A stretch of DNA of 64,000 bases from the human T2T-CHM13v2.0 reference genome, Homo sapiens (GCF_009914755.1 NC_060933.1); one strand, 5' to 3'. Positions 16,965-31,630 are shown, counted from the stretch's first letter. Notes: generated by a model not told the origin, from the sequence alone. Made by a program: numbers and translations.

Positions 16965-17410
16965 TTTTAAAGTAACAGCTTTATTGAGATATAATTCACA
17001 TGCCACAAAATTCACTCTTTAAAAGAATATAATTTATTGATTTTTAGTATATTTACAGAATTGTGCAACCATCACCACTGTATAATTTTAGGATATTTCC
17101 ATCATTCCTCAAGGAATCCCTGTACTGATTGGCAGTGACTCCTCATTCTCTCTTTATCCCAGTCCTTGGCAACTACTTTCTGTCCCTGTGGATTTGCCTA
17201 TTCTGGACATTTCATGTAAATGTAATCATAGAATATGTGGCCCTTCGTATCTTCCTTCTTTCACGTCTCACGGTGTTCTCAAGGTTCGTCCAGGTTGTGG
17301 CATGTCGGTACTTCAGTACTTCATTCCTTTTTACAGCTGAATAATATTCCACTGTGTGGATGGACATTTTGTTGATCCATTCATCAGTTGATGGTCATTT
17401 GGTTGTTTTG
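16965..17410 (-). mobile_element. L1M (L1MB-like) 3' end
   Basis: AACAGCTTTATTGAGATATAATTCACA...GGATTTGCCTATTCTGGACATTTCAT. Confidence 0.8.
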
Positions 17411-18442
17411 CTGTGCGTATGTTTTTTAAAACAATATTAACTATATCTGGGCCTTTTCAAATCATCACTGGATAATTCTGTAGAGTGTCTTAGAGGGGAT
17501 TCCTATAGGAAGTGGGGACTGGATTTAGAGTCCCTTCTGTTCATGGATTTGAGGAGTCTGTATCTGTAATTTCTTTGGGCTAGTGAAATACATTCTTCTA
17601 AGAGCTAGAGCAGCTACTTTTTCTTCATAGCAGAACATTTGATATTGAAAAAAATCTTTTTACATGACTTGTTTAAGGACTATATTTCAAAATAGTTTCT
17701 ATTAAAAATAGTATTCTTTAGCATTTCTGGGGAGGAGGAACTCTTACTGAAAAAGCTGGTATTTTTGTCTGTATTTTCTTTTCTTTTCCAATCTCTTCAT
17801 TTTTACTCTACCGAACCCTATAACCCAACTCTATTAATCTAGATCCTCTTTCCAGCACATAAATATTTATGGACAGTAATAAATTATATTAGTTCTAATA
17901 GAGTTTAAAATGTTTTGTGAATTTTTATCCCAGCATGACAAAAATCACTGGGTGGTCTGATACCACCTTCATCTTTAAATATTTAACCAATTCTTTTTAT
18001 TTTTAAAGGCTACATTAATTGAATGATATCCATAAAAGTGTTTAATAGTACTTACCTTGGGCCCACAGTGCGCAAAGCACTTCATGGAATTAAGGTCCTT
18101 TTTGCATCTGCTCTCCTCATACCTTATTTCAACTGTGGTACTCAAAATCTGGGCCCACCACTCTGCAGTGGGGACAGTGACTGAACTTGCATGTGACTAG
18201 GATTATGAAGGGTTTAGAAACTGTGTCATGTGAGAGTTGGCTGAAAGAATGGAGGTTGTTCAGTTGTTAAAGAGACTACTCAGGCAATGACAGCCCTCCC
18301 AGCCATTCAGAGCTTGTCTAGAGAAATCTTATTCTTCCTTTGGGTAGTAGTGGGGAGAAACTGGAGTGAAAGGATATGTCAACAGGCTGTTAATTTTGTT
18401 GGGTTATAAGTAGGCCAAAAACATGGAGATTTTTTTTAATGT

Positions 18443-18728
18443 TTCTTTCTTCTTTTTTTTTTTGTTAGACAGAGTCTTGCTTTGCTATCCCAGCTGGAGT
18501 GCAGGCTCAAACTCCTGGGCTCAAGCGATCCTTTGCCTCAGCCTCCTGAGTAGCCGAGAGTACAAGCACATGCCACCATGCCTGGTTAATTTTAAAATTT
18601 TTCTTTTGTAGAGATGGGGGTCTTGCTATATTGACCAGGCTGGTTTCAAACTCCTGGCCTCAAGCAATTCTCTGGCCTTGGCCTCCCAAAGTGCTGGGAT
18701 TACAGGTGTGAGCCACTGTGCCCAGCCC
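18443..18728 (-). mobile_element. AluJ
   Basis: Diverged, with an internal deletion. Confidence 0.92.
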
Positions 18729-19254
18729 AGTTTTTCATTCTTATGTACCTTTCCACTATCTTTCAGTTCCTAGAATATCTAGTCCAGTGTCTGATGGTAA
18801 GAATGGTTTCTGGATTGTATTTTACCTGTTCAGGATATATGGAATGTTAAATTATTGCATCAGCATTAATGCATTATTTTAGCCTTAACAACAGTGTATA
18901 AATTTGTAAAGTGCTGTTTGATATTATACAATTTTATATAGCTAAGTTTTATTAGATCAGGATTAAAATATACCTTCCATTTGGTATAATGTGTAAAGTT
19001 TAGTCACTTCTTAAAATATAAGACTGCAATATGTATAACTTGCCATGCCAATAAGCAACAAGATGTGGTGTGCTTAAGAGTGAGGGAGAAGTCTCTGGTT
19101 GTGGTGAATATCCGTATTTGGTTGGGGATATAGGGAGTTCCTGGCCTGTTTCACTTTTGACTGTCTGGTTCAGCTTATGGTTCAGCTTAGGATGGAATGT
19201 ACTGCTCTGTGCTTTAAACTGCCATTTTTGATCTAGGCTTGGACTGGGGTTCGG

Positions 19255-19480
19255 GCAGTAGAGTGTAGTGCTGAGAGTTCAGGGTCTGGGGCCAAACCAG
19301 GGGAATCTCACTTCTGCCATCTCATCTTTGTGAACCCAGGAAAGTATCTTAACTTCTCTGGGCCTCAGTTTACTTATCTGTAAGATGGAGATGACAGTAC
19401 ATACCTCAATGGGTAGTGAGGATTTAATGCAATAGTGTACTTCATGTACCTAGCCTGTCTCATAGCAAGCAGCCAATAGT
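19255..19480. mobile_element. MIR
   Basis: CTTAACTTCTCTGGGCCTCAGTTTACTTATCTGTAAGATGG. Confidence 0.7.
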
Positions 19481-19798
19481 TTTTTGGTGCAGTTGCTACT
19501 TGTTAATATGAGTGTCTGAAGGTCAAGGGCCTTCTCTAAGGTTTCTGAATAGAGGAGTTCTGAATTCACTGAATTCCCAAAGGAGAAAGACTCTGGTTCA
19601 CCTGGTTTCTCTAAGTCATTCTAGGTTCCTGTTGCCTGCTCAGGACAACACCTGGGGAAGTTTTGGGTGAATGGGATTCTCCTGGCCTTCCACTCTCTGA
19701 ATATGTCCCTGCCTTGTTCCTGGCCTCTGACATGAAGTGTTTGTGTAGTGGGAGTTCTCTGGCGGTTTTCAGAGGAGCATGGCTAAATGTGTAGATAA

Positions 19799-20188
<390 letters not shown>

Positions 20189-20607
20189 AAGAGAAAAATA
20201 TTTTAAATTAATGATAAGGACAAAGTGAACTGTAACTAAATCCCCATGAATAATAAAACTACATTCAGTTTTGTATGATTGAAATATCTATTCAGAAAGT
20301 GTCTATTAAGCATGAATTCATACTGGTCAGTCTAGGAGCAAGAATGCCAGGAAAGCTCCTGGGCCACTCATGACCAAAACTACGTCTCAAGTCCATGTCA
20401 GGTTCTAACTGCTCTCCTCCTGAAGGCAGCTTGCAGGGCTCATCTGGCTTCCTCTGCTCTCAGAGCTGCCTCCACCCACCCATCTCCTGGAATTCTGTAT
20501 TTCCCAAGGTTGGCTGCAGCGTGGCCGTACTTTCCTTAGCTCCCAACTTTCCTTGTTGTCCTGGTGGTTGTCTTCAGACCCTTTTGGGGTTAAGGATTTT
20601 CTTACTA

Positions 20608-20991
<384 letters not shown>

Positions 20992-21244
20992 TTACAATTG
21001 TAGTTATCAGTCCACTGCTAAATAGTAACCGCTAAGATGTAACTGGAAGCCAGACCAGGCGTCTCTCCTTGTTACGCTAGGCATGAAGTTCACCAGACCT
21101 ATTCTATTGGTTGGACTGTTCTTCTACCCACTGAAACCCCTCCTTTCTACCACTAGTGGAGACTGAGGAAATCAGGAAAGAACCACGAGAGCCCTCCCCA
21201 TCTTGAGGGTGGAGTTTGCATTGCCAAGGACCTCTAGATAAGTT

Positions 21245-21802
21245 GATGCCCTATTTTAAAAGATACCTCAGATTTGTTCTAATCAGGTATGGCATGATGA
21301 CAGACACAGAAACAAGCTGCTTTTGAAAGAAGAGTTTATTATTATAGTTCCCAGAAGGAGGGGGTGCATCACGCCCTCATATGACACAGGGCCATATGAG
21401 GAAGCACCGGGATTGGTCAGGAGGCAGAAAGAGTTGGGGGAAGCATGGGCAGGAGCTTTTATTGGGGTTTCTGTGGGAAAGGCAAGGCTAGCAGGCTGAG
21501 CAGATGAAGGATTGGCTAGTTTGAATAATTTTGGAGGGCTCTAGGGGTGGTCCCTGCTTGTGTAGTACCTGGCTGTGGGGTGATGTAGGACAGTGGCAAT
21601 ATTGCTTGGGCTATGAGAGTTAGATAAGGACGTGGTTGTGGACTGTGGATTGGTTGGTTTGCCTATGAAAGGCATGCTCACAGGCAAGTTCTTTGCTATC
21701 TCTTGGAATTAGCCCTGGGAGGAGCAATTTCTCCAGGATTAGCAAGGCTCCAAGATGTCAAAACATCATAAAATATAGAAAATAAAAAACATGATTAATG
21801 CA
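21245..21802 (-). mobile_element. ERVL-class LTR (MER54/MER74 group)
   Basis: The minus strand begins TGCATTAATCATGTTTTTTATTTTCT...TGACATCTTGGAGCCTTGCT; AATAAA on the minus strand near 21335. Confidence 0.55.
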
Positions 21803-22049
21803 TAACCCTTCCAGCAGAACTGTGCTTATCACACAAGTGATTCTTTTGGGAGCATTTTCTTATTGAGTGATAGAAAGAATGGTAAAGTGGCTCCTTGCAC
21901 CCCTCGAGTTTACTGTCTAGCTTAGTAAATAAGGCCTGCACACATGAAAGTGACCAGCCATGCAGGACACAAGATCACATGCCAGAAAGTTCAGCATAGT
22001 ATAATGGGAGCTCAGAGAAAGGAGAGATGAGAATGTTGTAGAAGCAGTA

Positions 22050-22282
22050 GAGGGCAGTGGTTCAGAGGCTGCTGGGTCCATATCCGGCTTCATCAGTTAC
22101 AAACTGTGTAACCTTAAGCAAGCTGGAAAATTCCTGTGTTTTAGTTTCCTTATTTGTAATATAAGTTTAATAATAGTAGTACCCATATCAGAGTTACAGT
22201 GAAGACTAAATGAGTTAATACATTGAAAGGGCCTAGCACAAAGGCTGGCGCTTAATAAGAACTCAGTAAGCATCAGCTGTTA
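22050..22282. mobile_element. MIR
   Basis: TTAGTTTCCTTATTTGTAA...TAAATGAGTTAATACAT. Confidence 0.65.
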
Positions 22283-22500
22283 TAGGGCTGGTGAGGAAAG
22301 TTTCACAGAGTGGATACAATTGATTGTTACCTTAAAGATGGGGAGGTGGCAGGAGGAGAGAGAGAGTGAGTGAGAAAGTGTTTCTCTGTTGGGTTGGGGT
22401 GGATGTGGGGTGGTGGCTGGAAATGAGCCTGGCAAATTCAGGTAATAGAAGGTTGGTCTGATAGGATAAGGTTGAAAAAATAGGTTGGTGAGAGTTGTGA

Positions 22501-22888
<388 letters not shown>

Positions 22889-22999
22889 TTCCCCCTTCTT
22901 TTTTTTAAAAGCAGGGACGTGACATTAAATTAGCGCTTCAGGAATCTTACTCTTAGTGGTATGGTTCTATAGAGAGGAGAGACTTGGACAGGTTATATA

Positions 23000-23400
23000 A
23001 GTCAGAATAGATTAAGTTAGCAGTAATTAAAAACAACTCCAAAATCTTTGCGGCCCCCCAAAAAAGAAGGTACGTTTCTTGGTCATGCTATTCCATCACA
23101 GCTGAACTGGGGACTCTGCTCATCACAGTCATTCTGAGACCCAGGCTGATAGAACAACCAACATGTCACATTTTGTTTACCTTTAGAGAGCAGAGAAGAG
23201 CACTCTAGAGGGTTATGCACTAATGATTAAATGCTAGGCCTGGAAGGGACACGCATACTTCCATTTACAACTCAGCACTAGAGTGCAGTCACATGTCAGT
23301 AACCAGTTACAGGGGTTCAAGAAACCTTCTATGTTTGTGGGGAGGGGCTGGGTAGAAAGAACTGGAAGTATTCAAAAATAGCACTGACGACCACACAGGG
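23000..23400. mobile_element. MLT1-type LTR
   Basis: GGGGACTCTGCTCATCACAGTCATTCTGAGACCCAGGCTGA...ATAGCACTGACGACCACA. Confidence 0.55.
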
Positions 23401-23756
23401 AGTCTTATTTAGAAGGTGGTTGTGTAATAGTTGAAGTGGGTGGTCTTAGCTGCTGGGTCACAGTTGTTGCAGTCAATACAGAGAAGAGTTGTATACAAGA
23501 ATTTAAAGCAGTAGAATTTAAAAGTTGATCATTGATTGGGTCGAGTTACAAAGAAGAGAGGAGTCAATGTGAAGCAAAACTTTTGGTGTGTGTTGAGGGG
23601 ATGGTAGCAGACCAGTGGGGTGCCCTCAAGGCCTCTAGAGCTGTGCTCCTTGATGAGTAGCCCACCAACCAGTGCCTACCCACAGGCAGTAATTGGTTTG
23701 CAAGGAAATAAGTGCAGAAATAGAGGGTACTCATTTAGAAATGTTTATATTAATTC

Positions 23757-24049
<293 letters not shown>

Positions 24050-24408
24050 CACTTTTCTTTATTTCTATGCTATAGTTTGCCCTGATTATATTTATGTTGA
24101 ATCTAATACAAATTTGGGGCATGTAATTTTGTGTTTTTTTCTTTTTCTTTTTAGTGATCTATTTTTATTATATTTTATGAAAGTATAAGGGGAAAAATAA
24201 CCGCAGATTGTTGGAGAAGCATTGCTTTGGAGATAGGAGGCAGGGATGTAGAGATCAGAGCTGGATAGCAAGTTGAATCCTTTTTGTAGAATAATGAGTT
24301 GAGTACCTGAGATGTGAGCAAGAGAAAGACTTCAGAAAGAGAAGAGGGCCCACGGCTAAGCCTTGGGAGGCACCCAGTGTTCTGGAGACAGGCATGTAAG
24401 AAGAGATG

Positions 24409-24493
24409 CAGGCTGCTCTCTGTGGAGTAGCCATTCCTTTATTCCTTTACTTTTTTAATAAACTTGCTTTCACTTTGCAATATAAAAGAAGAA

Positions 24494-24534
<41 letters not shown>

Positions 24535-24599
24535 GGAAGAAGAGGAAGAAGAGGAAGAAGAAGAGGAAGAAGAAGAGGAAGAAGAGGAAGAAGAAGAAG
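24409..24599 (+). mobile_element. Retroposed 3' end of a MER41-like LTR transcript with GAA-rich tail
   Basis: TGGAGTAGCCATTCCTTTATTCCTTTACTTTTTTAATAAACTTGCTTTCACTTT, then an A-rich tail; flanked by AAGAAGAGATG (24398-24408, 24600-24610). Confidence 0.75.
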
Positions 24600-24607
24600 A
24601 AGAAGAG
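24488..24607 (+). repeat. (GAA/GAG)40 homopurine microsatellite
   Basis: (GAA)9 followed by mixed GAG/GAA triplets; 120 bp without a pyrimidine. Confidence 0.97.
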
Positions 24608-25445
24608 ATGTGGATGATACTGTGTCCCAGGAATCATTGGAGGTGGTGGAAAGTTAGTAGTATGAGATGCCACAGAGAGTCAAGGAAAATAAGGCCTGAG
24701 GTTAAACTAGACTTGGCAAGAAGTAAGTCATTGTGAATGTTTGAAAGTAAACTTGTAGTGAAGTGGTGTGATCAGATGCCAGATTTCAACAGTTTAAGAA
24801 ATATGCAGTCACAAAATAGAAAAGGTTATAACCTTCTGGTCAGAAAAGTTTGATAGATAAACAAAAGCAACAACTAGAGTGTTAGCTATTGAGCCCAGCA
24901 AGGGAAAGCACATTTTGTTATTGTTTTTTCCAATAGGAAATCATGAGCAACTCAAAAGGCTTCTACCACCTGGAAGATGGGAAAATCAATGAGGGAGGAG
25001 GGAGATGGCAGTGTTCCATGGCTGGGAATGGAGTGGAGGACAGAGGCCATGGGAGTGGACCCGGGGGTGAGGACAGGGGTTGGATTGAACCCAGGTAACT
25101 ACCCACACAGCAGATAAGGTCATTAGGAGGGGAAACGTGGATGGGAATCTGCAAATCTCAGTTGACTCAAACAGGGAAAAATGCAAGCTGGCATACCTGG
25201 GAGTTAGTCTTGATGCTGCGGTAGATGTGGTCAGAGTTAAGCGAGCAGGGACTTGGGAGTCCCAGTGAGAGCATTAATGAAGTGCTTTGACATTGTGACC
25301 ATGGGGTCCAGCGTGGGCTACTCAGCTTCTTCCTCTAGTCCACACTCGGTAAAAATGAAGGTTACTGAATAACAAGGCAATGGTGGGGAGGGAGGAATGG
25401 AGTGGGGTTACTTAATCCTTAATCATGATTAAGAATAAGATATGG

Positions 25446-25744
25446 GGCTGTGCGCGGTGGCTTATGCCTGTAATCCAGACTTTGGGAGGCTGAGGCGGGC
25501 GGATCACGAGGTCAGGAGATTGAGACCATCCTGGCTCACACAATGAAACTCCATCTCTACTAAAAATACAAAAAATTAGCTGGGTGTGGTGGCAGGCGCC
25601 TGTAGTCCCAGCTACTCGGGAGCCTGAGGCAGGAGAATGGCCTGAACCCGGGAGGCGGAGCTTGGCAGTGAGCCGAGATCGTGCCACTGCACTCCAGCCT
25701 GGGTGACAGAGTGAGACTCTGTCTCAACAACAACAACAACAAAA
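25446..25744 (+). mobile_element. AluY
   Basis: (AAC)n tail. Confidence 0.94.
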
Positions 25745-25751
25745 TATGGTG

Positions 25752-26055
25752 GGCTGGTTGCGGTGGCTCATGCCTGTAATCCTAGCACTTTGAGAGGCCA
25801 AGGTGGGCGGATCACCTGAGGTTGGGAGTTCGAGACCAGCCTGACCAACATGGAGAAACCCCGTCTCTAGTAAAAATACAAAAATTAGCTGGGCATGGTA
25901 GTGCATGCCTGTAATCCTAGCTGCTTGGGAGGCTGAGGCAGGAGAATCACTTCAACCCAGGAGACGGAGGTTGCAGTGAGACAAGATTGTGCCATTGCAC
26001 TCCAGCCTGGGCAACAAGAGTGAGACTCTGTCTCAAAAAAAAAAAAAAAAAAAAA
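25752..26055 (+). mobile_element. Alu (Sp-like)
   Basis: Full dimer, tandem to the previous copy. Confidence 0.94.
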
Positions 26056-26256
26056 GAATAAAATATGGTACAAATTGGATTTACGATAAAATTATTTAGT
26101 TTAAATTATATCTAATTTTGGAAAACACTCAGCAAAGTTATGAAAAATACAGATACAGTGCTTTAAGTGCTCTAAACATTGTAAAATTTGAAAAATGCTT
26201 CAAAACTTCCACCTGTTGAAATAATCTGTTGACTTCTCATTTTCATTGAGCTCTTT

Positions 26257-27377
26257 TTTTATTTTTAATTTTTCTGGATACATATTAGGTATATATGTAC
26301 CTATAAGGGTACATGAGATATTGTGATACAGGTATACGATATGTAGTAATCACATCAGGGAAATGGGGTATCCATCACCTCAAGCATTGATTATTTCCTT
26401 GTGTTACGAATATTCCAATCATACTCTCAGTTATTCTAAAATGCAAAACAAATTATTGCTGACTGTAGTCACCCTGTTGTGCTATCAAATACTGTATCTC
26501 AACATTGTCTGTAACTGTATCTTTGTACCCATTAACCATCCCCGTTCTCCCTCCTACCTAGCCTCTGGAAACTACCAGTGTACTCTATCTGCATGAGTTC
26601 AATTGTTTTAATTTTTTTTTTTTTTTTGAGACAGAGTCTGGCTCTGTCGCCTAGGCTGGAGTGCAATGGGTGATCTCGGCTCACTGCAAGCTCCGCCTCC
26701 TGGGTCCACGCCATTCTCCTGCCTCAGCCTCTGGAGCAGCTGGGACTACAGGCGCCTGCCACCATGCCCGGCTAATTTTTTGTATTTTTAGTAGAGACGG
26801 GGTTTCACCGTGTTAGCCAGGTTGGTCTCGATCTCCTGACCTCGTGATCTGCCTGCCTCAGCCTCCCAAAGTGCTGGGATTACAGGCGTGAGCCACCGTG
26901 CCCGGCAATTGTTTTAATTTTTAGCTCCCACAGATGAGTGAGAACATGGAAGTCTGTCTTTCTGTGCCTGTCTTTTTTCACTTAACATAATGTTCTCCGT
27001 TTCCATCCATATTGTTGCAAATGACAGGATCTTATTCTTTTTAACTGCTGAGTAGTACTCTACTGTGTATATGTACCACATTTTCTTTATCTGTTAGTCT
27101 GTTAATGGACACTTAGGTTGATGCCAAATCTTGGCTATTGTGAATAGTGCTGCAGTAAGTATGGGAGTGCAGGTATGTCTTTGATATACTAATTTCCTTT
27201 CTTTTGAGTATATACCTAGCAGTGGGATTGATGGAACATACGGTATTTCTATTTGTGATTTTTTGAGGAACCTCCATACTGTACTTCATAGTGGTTGTGC
27301 TAATTTACATTCCCACCAACAATGTACGACAGGGGTTCCCCTTTCTTCACATCGTTGCTTGCGTTCGTTATTGCCTC
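26257..27377 (-). mobile_element. 5'-truncated L1 (L1MA-like) with nested AluY
   Basis: L1 3' UTR/ORF2-end text; 16-bp TSD TTTCATTGA(G/A)CTCTTT at 26241-26256 and 27378-27393. Confidence 0.88.
26612..26906 (-). mobile_element. AluY nested in L1
   Basis: TSD AATTGTTTTTAATTTTT. Confidence 0.95.
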
Positions 27378-29479
27378 TTTCATTGAACTCTTTCGAGTGT
27401 TAGAATGAGACAAGAGCTGGGCAGAGATGTAGTGTGTCTATTGTTGTGCCCGCCTCTCCCTTCCCTGACCTAATTACTCTCCCTTCACCACCCTGAATCC
27501 AGCCAGTGGGTTTCCTCTAGCCTTTGCTATGGTAGGTAGTGGACCTCTGTTTGGTTTTCCATGTGACATTGATATAAGGTATCATGTCATGGTTACTTGG
27601 ATTGCTGTGCAATAGAGGCCATGGATATCTCGGTTAAGAACACTCTGGAGTTCAACTGCTTGGGTTGACATCTTGGAAATCTCAGACACTTAGGCTCTCT
27701 GAGCATCATTTCATTATCTGTAATCTTTCCAGTACCTTGATTGTCAGTCCCCTAGGCAGGTATAACCTCTTAAAAAATGGAGTAGAAAAGTGAAATCTCC
27801 ATTTCTTTATAACTGTAATGAGTTTTCCCAGGAATCCTTTTCTGACCACTCTGCTATAATTTAGTTTAAGTGGTACGCTTCAGAAAACTGAAACATGCTA
27901 TACTTTGCAAGCAAGTAGCAATCAAAGGGATACATTCTTTCACCTTTTAAAGTAGAGGGAAATCACTTCCAATCTTATCTTTGCAACCCAAATGCCTGCT
28001 GATAATGTGAGCATAAACACATTAGGCACCAAAGAGGAATGGCATCTGGGTGCGAAGATGTGATCAACAAAGCCAGAGTCAACACAAGCTGCCATCAGGG
28101 AAGCCAGAGTTCATCACATCACATCATGTTTCAGCATAGTTCAGGGTAGACATATACTGATGGAATAAAATCAGTTTTTGTTTTCAATGTTCACATTTTA
28201 GACCCCCTCCCCCCCACTTGACTGGTTATAATATATAAATCAAGCCACAGCTGACAGTGATTTGCTTTTTTTGTTCAGGAAAAGGTCTTTGACTGAGACT
28301 GACTTGGCCTTACTGCATTGATCTTCAACACAGGCACTTTTTATAATTCCCACAACAGCATTAACTCCAGTGGGGTTTTTTTTTTTTTTGAATATACATA
28401 TCACAATAGAGTCTTTCATTACATGATCACAAATTATATGCAGTCACTCTTACGTGCTTCCTGAAAGCAGTAAATTTAGAGCAAAGAGAGACTGTTTAAA
28501 ACTTGAGACCAGAGAGCACAGTTTATCTTATTTACAGTTTGGCTTAAAGATTGGTCTTTAAGTTAATATCATACCACATGTGGTAATCCTGCAAAGTGCT
28601 ACATATTTTTATTTATAGTTAAGGGAATAAAGCAAAATCCCCTTTTCATTATGTTATCTTGCATTATTTACTCAGTGATAAATGACATTGCCCCACGGGT
28701 ATGAGTTTTGTAGTGAAAGACCCTATTGTAGCATATATTTATGCTAGTTAGAGTTACGGTTCCAGAGAGAATTTAAACTCTGAATATGCTGGTACTTGTA
28801 CAGTTAGAACATATAGCTCAATGTTGTTTTAACACTATATTTTTACTTCGAGTAAAAGAAAAATAAATAGGCATGAACAAAGGGGAAAAGCTTAAGGTTG
28901 AAATGCAAGAAACCAAATAAAATGACTAAAAGCATATCCTAAACTCAAAGATTAAAATTTTACCAGAGATAATGGTGGTCATTAGATTGGCCAGTTTCTG
29001 CTGTTTAAAATGACATCAGCTTTCAAAGTTTATTAACTGTTTAAGGGTACCAGGAACAATTTTTAGCAAGTCGGGGAGATATGAAAGTGAGCTGAAAGAA
29101 GAGTGCTGAAGGGCTGGAAAGTTTAACACCTGCCCCAACATTTGAGGAAAAAACTGGTTCCATGCTATGTCAGTTTGTCCAAACCAATATTCTTGAGAAT
29201 TTCTCCTGAAGGAGGAAGCCAGTAGATATTTTGGAGGGATGGTTAGTGTTTTAGAATATATTTATTTTGAAATAGAATAATAAATAAAAAAATAGGAAAT
29301 TCCAATCTTGAATAAAGTAAAAATTAGTTCAGCCTCTAGTCATTCAAAACTTTGGATAAATTAACCAAGAATGGGCTGCCATTTTGCTAAGTACAAAAAT
29401 AAAGACTTTCTAATAAATTAATAATATAAGTAAGATTTCAGGACTAATATATTTGAAGCAAATATGTCCCCTGCCCATT

Positions 29480-31630
29480 CTTTCTGCACCTGAAAGGTAT
29501 CATTTCACTGTTTTCTGTGGCCTTCATTGTTTCTCTGAGAATTCAGATCATTCTGATAAAAAGCCCCCTGTCATCTGTGTCGTTGTTCCTCTGTGTGTAA
29601 TATGTCATTTTGTAATGGCTACTTTCAAGATTATTTTTAGTTTTTCAGTAGTTTGATAATGATGTGCCTAGGTATGTTTTCCTTTGTATTTTTCCTCTGT
29701 AAATAAACTTTTGAAGCTTTACATCTCTCACCAAATTTGGAAAATTTTAACTATTTTTAAATAAATGATTTCTTTTGAAATACTTTTAGATTTACCAAAA
29801 AGTTGCAAACATAGTATAGGGAGTTCCCAATTCATCATCCAGCTTCTCTTCATGTTCTTATAATCATGGTATATTTATTAAACTAAAAATGTAGCCCTGG
29901 CATAATGCTTTTATCTACAGTTTTTCCACTAATGTCCTTTTTGTTTGTTTGTTTGTTTTAGGATCCAGTCTAGGATACCACATTGCATTTTATCATATCC
30001 CCTGGACACCTCCATTCTGTAACACTTTGTCAGATTTTACTTGTTTTTTATAGCCTTCACACTTTTGAAGAGTACTGGTTAGGTATATTTTAGAATGTCC
30101 CTCAGTATGGGTTTGTCTGATGTTTCCTCATGCTTACACTGAAGTTTCAGGAATACTACAGAGGTAAGGTACCCTTCTCATTGCATCATCCTAGAGGATA
30201 ATGATAACAATATGACTTATCACTGGTGATATTAAACTTGATTAAACTGCCTGATATCTCTACTGTAAACATAATATTTTTTCTTTTCCATTCTGTATTG
30301 CTTGGAAGCAAATAATTAAGTTTGGCCTATATTCAAGGGGAAAGGAATTAAGTTCTACATCTTTGAAGAGGTAATATCTACATCGATTTTTTGGAATTCT
30401 TACATAAGGAAGATGTAGTCTCTCCCTTCATGATTATTTGTTCAACCAATTTAAACAAATTTATTTATTCAATTTAAACAAATGATTACTTATTCAATTA
30501 TTTGTTTATATCAGAATATTCTTTGGGTTTAATCCAATACTATCATTATTTATTTTCTTACTCAAAGTGTTCCAGCTTTGGGCATTGAAAGCTCTTTCAG
30601 GTTGGTTCCTGTGTCCCAATTCTTCTGTTTGTCTGTCTGTTTTCTTCTTTACTTTAGAGGTCCATGTGATGCTTCAGATCCATCTTGTATTTTCCCTGCC
30701 CAGCCTGAGAATCAGCCATGTCTCCAAGGAGGGCTGTTTCCTTTTGTTGGAAAATGGTATTTAGAAACCAAGATCTAGGTGCCAGTTGTGCTCACTGCTT
30801 ACTGTTTTTTAAAGTATTTTTTTTGTGACCACATTCTCTTTTGCCTGTCCATCTTGGACTCCAATTATTTGTCCCAAAAGTACCTGTTCATTCTTTTTCA
30901 CGTTTTTCTGTTCTTTACACTGGATAATTTCTATGTAACTATTTTCTGGTTCACTGTCTTCTATAATCATGAATCTTCTGTTAAAACCATCCAGTGAAGT
31001 TTTTATCTCAAATATAGTATTTTTCAGTTCTAGAATTTTCTTTTCCTTTTCAAAAAAGTAATTCCTATTTCTTTGCTGAGTTTTCCTTTTAGTTCATGTA
31101 TTACAGCATTTATGCCTAATTATAATATGAATAGCTGCTTTAAAATCTTTATCTGTTAATTCTAATATTTGGGTCCATTCAAGTTGGTCTCTACTAATTG
31201 CTTTTTCTTTGAGTTTGGGTCATGTTTTCTTATTTCTTTTATGTCTAGTATTATGTTTTATTTTAGACATTGTATTTGATACTTTGTAGAAACTCTGGAT
31301 TCTGTTATGTTCTTCTGAAGAATATTGATGCTTTGTATTAACAGACAGTTAACTTGGCTGAACTCAGACTTCTAACTTTGCCTTTGCTGCTGTGGAGAGC
31401 AATCAAAATCTCAGTTTAGTTGAGTTCATTTTGCCTGAAGGAGGCTGTTTGATCTCCTCCATACTTGCATGGTTCAGGGGACAATTAGGGAATTGGGCAG
31501 AGTTTATATACAGAATATGGGACTCTTGCTTTGTAGACATCACCTTTCCTAAAGTTTTCCTTCTTTTCTCTCCAGCTACTGTGTTGGTCTTGAACTCTAG
31601 TCTCTCATTCTTCAGCCAGTAAGACTCCAG
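29480..31630 (-). mobile_element. Old L1M fragments (L1MC/L1MD-like 3' UTR at ~29765-30800 within an older L1)
   Basis: T-rich antisense L1 text; 30700-30800 is similar to the reverse complement of 44880-44960. Confidence 0.6.

Noticed and set aside
24406-24736. Poly-Glu, poly-Arg and poly-Phe ORFs
   Set aside because: Translations of the GAA/GAG microsatellite.
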